A DNA stretch of 64,000 nucleotides from Alphaproteobacteria bacterium. GTDB taxonomy: Bacteria; Pseudomonadota; Alphaproteobacteria; Rs-D84. This document shows positions 54,025 through 62,903 of this stretch, piece by piece. Both the position numbers and the translations under genes were made by a program. The notes under the pieces were generated by a model that was given only the letters and a program-made list of their open reading frames with translations, was not told the origin of the DNA and did not search any database. The stretch covers positions 5,887 through 69,886 of the forward strand of contig JAFURB010000017.1 in NCBI GenBank assembly GCA_017472065.1, in the 5' to 3' direction. The number at the start of each line of letters is the position of its first letter. Position 1 is the stretch's first letter.

Positions 54025-56566
54025 ACATCTGGATATCTTCGCACTTTTCAACCGGTGCAGATTCTTCACAATTCATCTCGTTCTTGGCACCAATTCCCAA
54101 GAATCCCTTCTTGCTGACTGATGTGCAGTTTTTCGTAACAGTCGATACACAATAATGACAAATACGTGTATCACGGTTAAATATTGACCACATTTCACGT
54201 GTGCCACCCGGCAAATCAATTTTAACCTTGTTTGAACCCAGGCCTGTAAACGAACTGACTGCTTCACTAAACTTTGATGCACCGGCGGTTCCATCCATGG
54301 ATGCAGCCCCACTTGTACTGCCCGAACCGCGACCACCTTGGGCCAACAAACTGTTATCCAGTCCCGCACCAACATCATAACTGATTGCGTATGGTGCCGT
54401 CAGCGGTGTATCCGCCGTCACCGCCCCCAATGTCGCCCCACCTGATACCGGCATCATTTGACACATATACTGGGCAATATCCGCAGATGCATCCTTGGAC
54501 GCATCAGAAATCACCGCATTTAATTTAGCATTATAGTTATCTTGGGCCTGGCGCAGGGCCGATGTTGCAATCTGCATTTTCAATTGATTCAACAAATTCG
54601 GGAAACGACCTGTGGTCTTGGCACCTTTTTTACCTGTAATTTGTGATAAATCACGACCATTGACACAGTATTGAATTTCCGGATCCATTTCAATCATTTC
54701 AATTGTGCGATTGATTGTTCCCGCAATATTGTTCAATTCTTCTTCGATCGCAGAAATAATTCCGTCTGCATTGGCAACATCCTTGTTCTTTTCACGAACC
54801 GTTGCAATATAGTCTGCAACACCAATCTGACCTGGTTTTAACGCATCGCCATCATCCGTCACACTGGTTGATGCCATCCCCATTTTAATCGAACCAAATG
54901 AAATCATACCTGTTACACGATACACATTTCCATCTTTTTGTGAACGAATACTGCCCGTGCCGATGGTATCATCAGATGCAAAACGGTTACAGTCGGTTGT
55001 AGAACCACAAACCTCGGCCATTTTGGCATCAACTAAGTTCTGGCAATTATCCAATGCCGAATTATCAATATTCAAATACAATCCCATCAACATCGAATCC
55101 AAATCATCCATCGAGAATTTTGGATTATTCGCCTTGCACACGACTAAACTATCAATCGGACAAATATCATGGATATAGTTATAATCCATACCGATACAAT
55201 TTTGGAAATTTTCACCACAACGTGTATCCGCGGTAAAACAATCCTTAACTTCCTGGGTACACGCATCGACACGCATTGCCGCCAGTTTATCAACAACATA
55301 TCCCCAAATCAGCGGTTCCATGCGTTCACATCGATCAATTTCCACCTTGCAGAAACTGCGTGCCATATCCGGACGCGACAAACATGCATCCATCGTATCG
55401 ACACCCTTGCCAACGATATCATCTTTACACGCCGTCTGGATACAATCAGAAATATCAGTCAAACAAGACTGACGCATTTTTGATTCAACCGCGCTTTCTG
55501 CGACACGAATTGTCGGCGCCGCTTCGCGCAGAAACGCCGGCCAAACATTATTACGCACCGCCACACATTGGTCCAACACGCGTTCGCAAATTATACGCTT
55601 CGCGTTCAGCATTTCCATCGTTGATGCCGTAATATCATAGACATCAACAGTTGCAACCGTGGTACCCGCTGTACTTTCTGCGGCATTATTCTGCATATTC
55701 TCTGATGCGATTGTGGAAACACAATTTTCCCAGTTTTCACCACACGCATCTTCTGTACGCATACACTTCTTAAATTCGACCATACATTGCCCCAGATCGA
55801 ATTTATTCGCACTTTCAAAACTTTCTTTTAGTGCGGTACGAACATCAGATTCCGCATTTGCCATCGCCAGGTCAGCCTCGGCTGATTTGGTTGCGATAAC
55901 ATTTTCAAATGCTTTACAGTCCGACACAATCTGGCGCGAATACATCTGGCGCAACAATTCCAAATCAGATGAACACGACTGTGGCACCTGTTCTACGCAC
56001 AATTCTTCGGCAGCGCGGAACAACGCATCACCGGACAAATCCGCGATTGAATCAGATTCATCTTCGAAAACTTCATCTTCTTCGTATGATGTTTCAAACA
56101 TCGCCAACAAATCAGCGCGTTTTTTCGCCTTGGTATCTGTTTCTTCTAAATCATCGACACTTACAACATTTCCATTTTCGTCATATTGACGCGTTCCTTT
56201 GAAAATAATATCTGCATCTGCGCCGGCTTTAACCTTTTCAACCTCTACTGTTGCGACACGTTCGGCCTCGGCCAATTTTGATTGAATATCTGCAAACTTT
56301 TTTTCGAATTCGATTGATTTATCACTGCACGCACAACTGCCACCATTTGTGTTATCCGTGATACAAAACTGGTCCATGCACCCATAAAATGCATCATAAC
56401 ATTCCTGGTCATAAAGGCCGGTTGCCGCAACCTTAGTACGGACCGTTGTGCCTTTTTGAATTGCCGATTGTTTTGTTGTCTTTTTTGCAGCCGCCGCCAA
56501 TGCATCACCAGAATACAAAGACAGAACAGCAACCAAGGCCCCACACAGTGTGCTAAATTTTTTCAT
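54023..56566 (-). CDS. giant secreted cysteine-rich protein, paralog B (847 aa)
   Basis: Signal peptide MKKFSTLCGALVAVLSLYSGDALA. Signature CYDAFYGCMDQFCITDNTNGGSCACSD (56327..56401). Ends ...CEESAPVEKCEDIQM. Confidence 0.8.
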   Translation of the reverse strand: MKKFSTLCGALVAVLSLYSGDALAAAAKKTTKQSAIQKGTTVRTKVAATGLYDQECYDAFYGCMDQFCITDNTNGGSCACSDKSIEFEKKFADIQSKLAEAERVATVEVEKVKAGADADIIFKGTRQYDENGNVVSVDDLEETDTKAKKRADLLAMFETSYEEDEVFEDESDSIADLSGDALFRAAEELCVEQVPQSCSSDLELLRQMYSRQIVSDCKAFENVIATKSAEADLAMANAESDVRTALKESFESANKFDLGQCMVEFKKCMRTEDACGENWENCVSTIASENMQNNAAESTAGTTVATVDVYDITASTMEMLNAKRIICERVLDQCVAVRNNVWPAFLREAAPTIRVAESAVESKMRQSCLTDISDCIQTACKDDIVGKGVDTMDACLSRPDMARSFCKVEIDRCERMEPLIWGYVVDKLAAMRVDACTQEVKDCFTADTRCGENFQNCIGMDYNYIHDICPIDSLVVCKANNPKFSMDDLDSMLMGLYLNIDNSALDNCQNLVDAKMAEVCGSTTDCNRFASDDTIGTGSIRSQKDGNVYRVTGMISFGSIKMGMASTSVTDDGDALKPGQIGVADYIATVREKNKDVANADGIISAIEEELNNIAGTINRTIEMIEMDPEIQYCVNGRDLSQITGKKGAKTTGRFPNLLNQLKMQIATSALRQAQDNYNAKLNAVISDASKDASADIAQYMCQMMPVSGGATLGAVTADTPLTAPYAISYDVGAGLDNSLLAQGGRGSGSTSGAASMDGTAGASKFSEAVSSFTGLGSNKVKIDLPGGTREMWSIFNRDTRICHYCVSTVTKNCTSVSKKGFLGIGAKNEMNCEESAPVEKCEDIQM

Positions 56567-56591
56567 GCTTCTCTCCCCTTATATGCCAAGA

Positions 56592-58730
56592 TTACATATT
56601 AACATCTTCGCATGATTCAATTTCCTGGCAAAACTCTTGTTCGCCACCCGACAGCGCGCCACCAACACCGGCACCAACCGCACCAACAATACCACCAATC
56701 GCAGTTCCCCACCCGGCATTAATCATTGTTCCCGCCGCCGCGCCACCAGACAAACCGCCCGCCGCCGCTTTCAGTGCAGATGTCGCCTTGGATTCTCCAC
56801 CTGTTTCACAAACCTGTTGCATACGACAAACATGACAGTTACGCAAATCTGGTTCAAACACAACACTGCGGATATAACTGTAATTCTTGTCCGACTTGTC
56901 TGGTGTTTCCACCTTGTATGTGTTATAACAATTTGCTTCTGCTTCTTCTAAATCCTGTTGCCGTGACAATTCTGCAATTTTTGTTTCCAATGCACGCAAC
57001 GCACGATTTTCTGCACCGATACGCGCAATCATTTTGGCCGAATTAAATACAGAATCCCCCAAACTGCGACGACCTGCTGGTTTTTGACTATCCATACACG
57101 CGGCAACTGTGACATCTTTTTCAAACTGCTTAAAGAAATCATCAACGGCTGTTATCGAATTATCACGCACCGTTGCCCGCAAGGCCGCAAATCCAGATTC
57201 ATCTGATGGCAATTCCATTAACGATTCAACCGTCGAATCTGACGGCAAACATGCCATATCTGTTCCACAAACCTTACCCAACTGTTCGCCAAAATAGTTC
57301 ACACATCCCTGCATCAACTGATAGTCCATCTGTAACAACGCCGCCTGAACAATTATGTCAAATTGGCTTTCATTTTTACACGACGGGAACATATTCTGGG
57401 GACACAATGCCACAATCTCAGATGTCTTTTTCCCGACACATTCTGGTGAATTAAAGTTTTCACCACATTTGTCACGCAAACACGCATCAATATCATTTTG
57501 ACAGAATTGTGTACGCAGATAGAACAATTTATCATTTACAACCGTTTTTAATCCTGGAATCAAAGAATCACACTCGTCAATAATCGGACAAATACCAGCC
57601 GCAACATTAACATCTGACAAACACGCAGAATTTGTTTCCGTAGAACAACTGTCTTCCAAACAAACCTGAATTTGGGCCAGACATGTCTGGCGACGATATT
57701 TATCTGCATATTTGGCGGCATCAACCAATATCGCTTCTGATTCCGCTTCCCAATCTTTTAATACATATTCCCGCACCGCCATACACTGTTCCAGAACATT
57801 TTCACATGCATTTGCACGACGTCCCAACAAATCTGCATCTAAACAGTTTTCAAAGTTCGAACCACAACCACCCTTGTCCGCGATACACGACTTATACGCC
57901 AACAAACACTCGCCCTGGTTGTACTTGTTTGTTGTATCCAGCATTTCCAATCTCGCTTTGCGTACTGCGGCCTCGGCCGTGCGCTTATTGGCCTGGGCAT
58001 TAGTTTTTTGTTCATTCAAATACAAACTGTACGCCTTACAGTCGGCCGTAACCTGGCGCTGATACAGCATTTCTTCCATATCCGCCTTTTTGCCACAGGC
58101 TTCTAATTCTGCGCTGCAAAAATCTGCCGCCATAGAATACAAACCATCACCGATATAAACATCAGAATCCAGTTCTTCTTCGTCATAGTCATTATTTAAC
58201 CACTCAGAAAAACTTAACCCCGATACCCGCGAACTTTTTTTGGCCGCCTCGCTTTCACCAAACACCAACTTCGCCTTGGCCCCTAATTGCTCGCGTTCAA
58301 CCCCTTCGGTGTAAAGTTTATCGGCCTCTTCTTGAATTTTTTGAATTTCCTGTATTAAATCTTTGGATTTTTCAATATTAGATGAACACGCGCAACGATA
58401 TCCTTCGGATTCATCCAGCAAACAAAATTCATCCATACATGCACGATACGCTTCGCGACAATTTTCATTAACCTCTGGCGCGGGGGTATCATCTTCGCTA
58501 CCATCGTCACCTGGTTTTTCAACATCAGGCTTTTGTTCTGGCACCGTCACTTCGTTCTTTACAGGGACCGACACAGAAATATTTCCATTTGAATACGCAG
58601 ACAATGTCGGCATACGCGCCGCAACATTTGAACCACGATTAACACCGACACGCGCCGTTTCATCGCGCGATGCAGCCATCGCAATTCCCGGAATTACACA
58701 TAACAATGTTGCTAAAATTCTTATTTTCAT
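56592..58730 (-). CDS. giant secreted cysteine-rich protein, paralog C (712 aa) with C-terminal glycine-zipper segment
   Basis: Signal peptide MKIRILATLLCVIPGIAMA from ATG 58730. Signature CREAYRACMDEFCLLDESEGYRCACSS (58386..58460). GWGTAIGGIVGAVGAGVGGALSGG (56643..56714). Ends ...CQEIESCEDVNM. Confidence 0.8.
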   Translation of the reverse strand: MKIRILATLLCVIPGIAMAASRDETARVGVNRGSNVAARMPTLSAYSNGNISVSVPVKNEVTVPEQKPDVEKPGDDGSEDDTPAPEVNENCREAYRACMDEFCLLDESEGYRCACSSNIEKSKDLIQEIQKIQEEADKLYTEGVEREQLGAKAKLVFGESEAAKKSSRVSGLSFSEWLNNDYDEEELDSDVYIGDGLYSMAADFCSAELEACGKKADMEEMLYQRQVTADCKAYSLYLNEQKTNAQANKRTAEAAVRKARLEMLDTTNKYNQGECLLAYKSCIADKGGCGSNFENCLDADLLGRRANACENVLEQCMAVREYVLKDWEAESEAILVDAAKYADKYRRQTCLAQIQVCLEDSCSTETNSACLSDVNVAAGICPIIDECDSLIPGLKTVVNDKLFYLRTQFCQNDIDACLRDKCGENFNSPECVGKKTSEIVALCPQNMFPSCKNESQFDIIVQAALLQMDYQLMQGCVNYFGEQLGKVCGTDMACLPSDSTVESLMELPSDESGFAALRATVRDNSITAVDDFFKQFEKDVTVAACMDSQKPAGRRSLGDSVFNSAKMIARIGAENRALRALETKIAELSRQQDLEEAEANCYNTYKVETPDKSDKNYSYIRSVVFEPDLRNCHVCRMQQVCETGGESKATSALKAAAGGLSGGAAAGTMINAGWGTAIGGIVGAVGAGVGGALSGGEQEFCQEIESCEDVNM

Positions 58731-58863
58731 GATAATCCACCCTACAATAGTTTTAGTTAATTTTATCAAACATTTAGACTTGGCACAAGAAAAATAAAAA
58801 ATTCTTGCAATTTGTCCCGGGGGGCAATATCATTACCAACGGAAAAAAAACCAAGGATTTTAC

Positions 58864-59112
58864 ATGGCAAAAGATGATGTAATCGTTTTCAGTGGCACCG
58901 TCGAAGATAAATTACCCAACACAATGTTCCGGGTAAAACTTGAAAACGGCCACGAAATTTTGGCAACCGTATGCGGCAAAATGCGTAAGGCACGCATTTG
59001 GGTCAACGTCGGTGAACGTGTACGCGTTGAAATGACCCCATACGATTTGGACAAGGGACGCATTACGTTCGTTGAACGCAATCGCCCAACACCAGACCAA
59101 TCAAATCAATAA
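58864..59112 (+). CDS. infA: translation initiation factor IF-1 (with short C-terminal extension)
   Basis: [42 protein letters not shown]. Confidence 0.95.
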   Translation: MAKDDVIVFSGTVEDKLPNTMFRVKLENGHEILATVCGKMRKARIWVNVGERVRVEMTPYDLDKGRITFVERNRPTPDQSNQ

Positions 59113-59141
59113 AAAAATCCCGCACAACGCGGGATTTTTTA
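59111..59141 (+). terminator. intrinsic terminator after infA
   Basis: atcccgc-acaac-gcgggat followed by T6. Confidence 0.8.
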
Positions 59142-59187
59142 TTAGTATTTTTTTACATATTTTGATATCATACACATTGTATAAATA

Positions 59188-62067
59188 ATGAAACGGATTT
59201 TGATTTTTATCATGACGTATATCGTCAGTGTCGGTATTGCCGACGCTGCTGTTCGTGATACCAATGCAATATCACGAAAATCAGCATCAACAAACAATTC
59301 TGTTGTATCGCGCACCAATACCACACAACGAACAAACGCCCGCACAACAACATCGCGAGCAACTGTATCTCGTCAACCCGATAAAAACACATCCCGCACA
59401 ACTACATCGCGTTCGCAATCCAACGTACGCACCGGGACCACATCACGCGCCGCGCGTGCAACAACTACATCACGCGCCGCCACCATGACACCGCGCACAT
59501 CAAATACAAAGGTTTCACGTTCTGCCACAAACATATCCCGCCCTGCCCGTGCGGCATCAATTACCGCATCACAATCACAGACATTTGGTACGGGATACAA
59601 CGCGTGTCGCGATGCATACTTTACATGCATGGACCAATTTTGTGCCACACAAAACGAATCGTACCGTCGCTGCACATGTTCATCACGACTGAACCAGATT
59701 AAATCCCGTGAAAACCTGTTATCACAGACGGCTGAACAATTACAAGATTTCAAAGACTTTAACCTTAGTGTGATTGATAAATCCGCCGCCGAGGTCAAGG
59801 CAATGATAAACGCCACATCGGGTGAATACATCGCATCATCATCCAGCGACAGATCTGAATCCGCGAAACAGTTATCCAGTATCGGTTCTATCCTGTCCCA
59901 GGCAAAATCAAAATCATTATCCACCGCCGGCACTGTGGATATTGGTGGTGACATTAAACAGATTTGGCAAACAACCGATCTTGCCAACGGGGCAGATATC
60001 GCGAACCTGACGGGTGAATCATTATACAATGCGGTCCATGCCCAGTGCAGTCAAATGGTGGCGGAAACATGTGAATCTAAATCAACCCTGAACATGGTGG
60101 TTTCTGCGTACGGTATGTATATCGAAAACGATTGCACCACCCTGTCAAACAGTTTGGATTCCAAAACCAATGCAGCCAAGGGTTCTGTGCGTGACACCGA
60201 ACGTGAAATGCACAACGCACGCCTTGACAACTATGATGCCCACAATTCAACATCTATTAATGATTGTGTTGCCCTGGTACGCGCAGACATAACGGCCAAC
60301 ACAGCATGCGGACCTGACTATGTACACTGTCTGGATGTAACCGGTCGATATCTAAATCGTGAAACGGGCGAACCAATTTACACATCTGAATTCTATCAAT
60401 TAAACGGCCAGATTTCATTATCTGGCAACATCCTTACCAACCAGACCAACCGCATGATTGTTGCCGAATTGAACCGCATGCGTAGTTTTGCAAATCTTAG
60501 TCTGGATACATGCCGCGATTTGGCCGACGATGTATGGGACGAATTCGTCCGCCAGGCCATAACTGAAATATACCAGGGCCAACAAGAACGCATCCGTACG
60601 GTCAAAAACGAATGCTTGGATGTTGTAAACGCGTGTTATGATGAAAAGAATCAGTCATTAAAAGACTTTAGCAATGTCAAAGAACAATTATTATTGGGCC
60701 AGCGCCTTGAACTATCCGAAGAACTATGTCGTGAAAAATTAGATGCCTGTTCCAATCTTTACGGTGGCGGTTCTGACGGCCTGCAAGAATTGCTGGTCGC
60801 GATGCACGAACTGACCGATTCCAAGATTGCCAAACAATGTCGCGTAACCCTGCAAGAATACGCGCGCGACATCTGTGCAGTCCCCAGCAACGACACCCTG
60901 CACGCATATCCATATTCATGCCGCGTATATGCCCCTGGCGAACAAAAGTATGCCCAAATCTACGCATGTAACCAACAGTTATGGTCAACCGAAACCGGAA
61001 ATTATTCATCCAGTTACATCCCACCCACAAATGACGGTAACGGTGGTTCTGGGTCAACACCGGGCATACCAACTGTATCTAATTATTCATGTCCAGCACT
61101 GCTTAGATACACCAGTTGTGCCGAAGGATATTACATGACACTGAACGGTGTATACAACAATGGCGAACCACAAATCGGCAATCAATGTACACCGTGTCCC
61201 GATGGATATACATGCGCCGGCGGCACCGCAGACAAGAAATCAATCGAACCAGACACACCCGAAAATCCGGACTCTGACACACCTGCCACAGACCTGGACA
61301 AATACGGACACGACTGCGGCGACTATGCGGGCAGTTTGTACCAACGCCTTGTTCGCTATGCAATCCAAACATGTATTCGCCCATCTGATGCGAACAGTTC
61401 GGATTACTCTTTATCCATTGATGTTTTACAAGATGTAAATGCCGTTATGGATTCAATCCGTGTTGACATGGGCAAATCATTGGCATACGAATGTGAACGT
61501 CTGGGTGGCACATGGGTTGACGCAATGTGGATTGATAACATCGACAAAGGTGAATGCAATGATCAAGTATGCATCCCAGATATAAAAGGTGCAGATAATA
61601 TCCACGACAAGACAGGCGACACACTGTACAAAAAATTCTATGATGAAACAGGCGCAAATACAAAATGGGGATATTGCAAACCAGACAATGGCACCAGCAA
61701 TGGCACTGGTTCCAACGGCGGCGATTCTGGCGGCAACAGTGGTGGCAGTTCTTTGGCCTGTACAGAAGGCGAAACATATACAATTACACTGGACAACACA
61801 ACAAACAGCGATTGTTGCCCAGAATCAGGCATATCAACCACCTCCCAAGAAGTTAGCGTTGTATGTGGCGAATTTCCAAAACTGTCGGTGATACGCGCAA
61901 CATGCACAACAAACCCCAATTGCGTATTAAGTTATTATTCAGATAACAAAACCGACCCATCTGACCCGGCCGCCATATACTTTAGCAGTAACGGAGAATC
62001 TCCTTCAATATACGGAAATGCCGCACTTAAAACAATCTATTCATATTGGGGTGAAATAGAAGATTAA
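59188..62067 (+). CDS. giant secreted cysteine-rich protein, paralog D (959 aa)
   Basis: Signal peptide MKRILIFIMTYIVSVGIADA. TTTSR-type repeats. Signature CRDAYFTCMDQFCATQNESYRRCTCSS (59605..59679). Collinear with paralog A. Confidence 0.8.
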   Translation: MKRILIFIMTYIVSVGIADAAVRDTNAISRKSASTNNSVVSRTNTTQRTNARTTTSRATVSRQPDKNTSRTTTSRSQSNVRTGTTSRAARATTTSRAATMTPRTSNTKVSRSATNISRPARAASITASQSQTFGTGYNACRDAYFTCMDQFCATQNESYRRCTCSSRLNQIKSRENLLSQTAEQLQDFKDFNLSVIDKSAAEVKAMINATSGEYIASSSSDRSESAKQLSSIGSILSQAKSKSLSTAGTVDIGGDIKQIWQTTDLANGADIANLTGESLYNAVHAQCSQMVAETCESKSTLNMVVSAYGMYIENDCTTLSNSLDSKTNAAKGSVRDTEREMHNARLDNYDAHNSTSINDCVALVRADITANTACGPDYVHCLDVTGRYLNRETGEPIYTSEFYQLNGQISLSGNILTNQTNRMIVAELNRMRSFANLSLDTCRDLADDVWDEFVRQAITEIYQGQQERIRTVKNECLDVVNACYDEKNQSLKDFSNVKEQLLLGQRLELSEELCREKLDACSNLYGGGSDGLQELLVAMHELTDSKIAKQCRVTLQEYARDICAVPSNDTLHAYPYSCRVYAPGEQKYAQIYACNQQLWSTETGNYSSSYIPPTNDGNGGSGSTPGIPTVSNYSCPALLRYTSCAEGYYMTLNGVYNNGEPQIGNQCTPCPDGYTCAGGTADKKSIEPDTPENPDSDTPATDLDKYGHDCGDYAGSLYQRLVRYAIQTCIRPSDANSSDYSLSIDVLQDVNAVMDSIRVDMGKSLAYECERLGGTWVDAMWIDNIDKGECNDQVCIPDIKGADNIHDKTGDTLYKKFYDETGANTKWGYCKPDNGTSNGTGSNGGDSGGNSGGSSLACTEGETYTITLDNTTNSDCCPESGISTTSQEVSVVCGEFPKLSVIRATCTTNPNCVLSYYSDNKTDPSDPAAIYFSSNGESPSIYGNAALKTIYSYWGEIED

Positions 62068-62123
62068 CACAATTGCGTAACAACAAAAAAAATGATAAAA
62101 TAAAACATACCATGGAAAAAAAT

Positions 62124-62825
62124 ATGAAACAGAAATTTATACTATCATTGATGTTAATACCATTTGCAACCGCATCACATGCGGCAATAAACTGGTGGGA
62201 ACAGGCAACCGTTTGTCGCCTGGATCCATCCAAATGTTACAGCAATATGGGCATCGGATATGCAATTGACGAATGGGACAGTGATGCGGACTGTCGCGGG
62301 AAAAAGATTATTTGTGGCGCGGCATTAAAACCACAATCAGACAACGATTGGTCTATGTCAAAATACGACATAAAAAGTCGCAATGGCATCAATCCAGACT
62401 TTGACATCGATGTATTAAATGGCACATGTTTTGGTGCGCGCAAAACCGTATCCAATGGTTCCCAGGCATATTATAACAATGTTCTGGTCAATGTGTTCTG
62501 TCCTGGGGTTCTGGAAAACTTTTACGATTACGACGAAATTGAAAATGTTGAAACAGGTTCTATCTTGACCAAATCCGAACAACCACGTTGTGATAAATTG
62601 GCAACATATGGATATGTAAATGTCAAGAACGGTCGCTGCTATGGCAAACAATATTCTGAATCAGAATACTACATTGATTGTTCGCGCGGCGACAATGATG
62701 TACGTTTGGTTATCTTAAACGGTGCCGAATACACAGATCACAATGACAACAGCCCACGCACCCCCAACGATGCGGATGCTATATTTGACGAAATGCTTAA
62801 AATTGCTGCTGATTTACGAAAATAA
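62124..62825 (+). CDS. secreted cysteine-containing protein (233 aa), partner of paralog D
   Basis: Signal peptide MKQKFILSLMLIPFATASHA. Starts about 56 nt after the stop of D. ATG 62112 is an alternative start. Confidence 0.65.
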   Translation: MKQKFILSLMLIPFATASHAAINWWEQATVCRLDPSKCYSNMGIGYAIDEWDSDADCRGKKIICGAALKPQSDNDWSMSKYDIKSRNGINPDFDIDVLNGTCFGARKTVSNGSQAYYNNVLVNVFCPGVLENFYDYDEIENVETGSILTKSEQPRCDKLATYGYVNVKNGRCYGKQYSESEYYIDCSRGDNDVRLVILNGAEYTDHNDNSPRTPNDADAIFDEMLKIAADLRK

Positions 62826-62827
62826 AA

Positions 62828-62853
62828 CACCCGCCACCTGGCGGGACTTTTTA
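62828..62853 (+). terminator. intrinsic terminator
   Basis: cccgcc-acct-ggcggg followed by acTTTTT. Confidence 0.65.
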
Positions 62854-62869
62854 TAACTGCACACTGCAC

Positions 62870-62902
62870 TCAAAAAAAATCCCCGCAATTGCGGGGATTT
62901 TT
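62870..62902 (-). terminator. intrinsic terminator of the autotransporter gene
   Basis: A8-atccccgc-aatt-gcggggat-T5; nearly identical to the terminator at 42004..42036. Confidence 0.7.
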
Positions 62903-62903
62903 C

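Noticed and set aside
59141-59187. Promoter for paralog D
   Set aside because: Candidate -35/-10 pairs (TTTACA, TTGATA, TATAAA) have wrong spacings or lie too close to the ATG, so no call could be supported.
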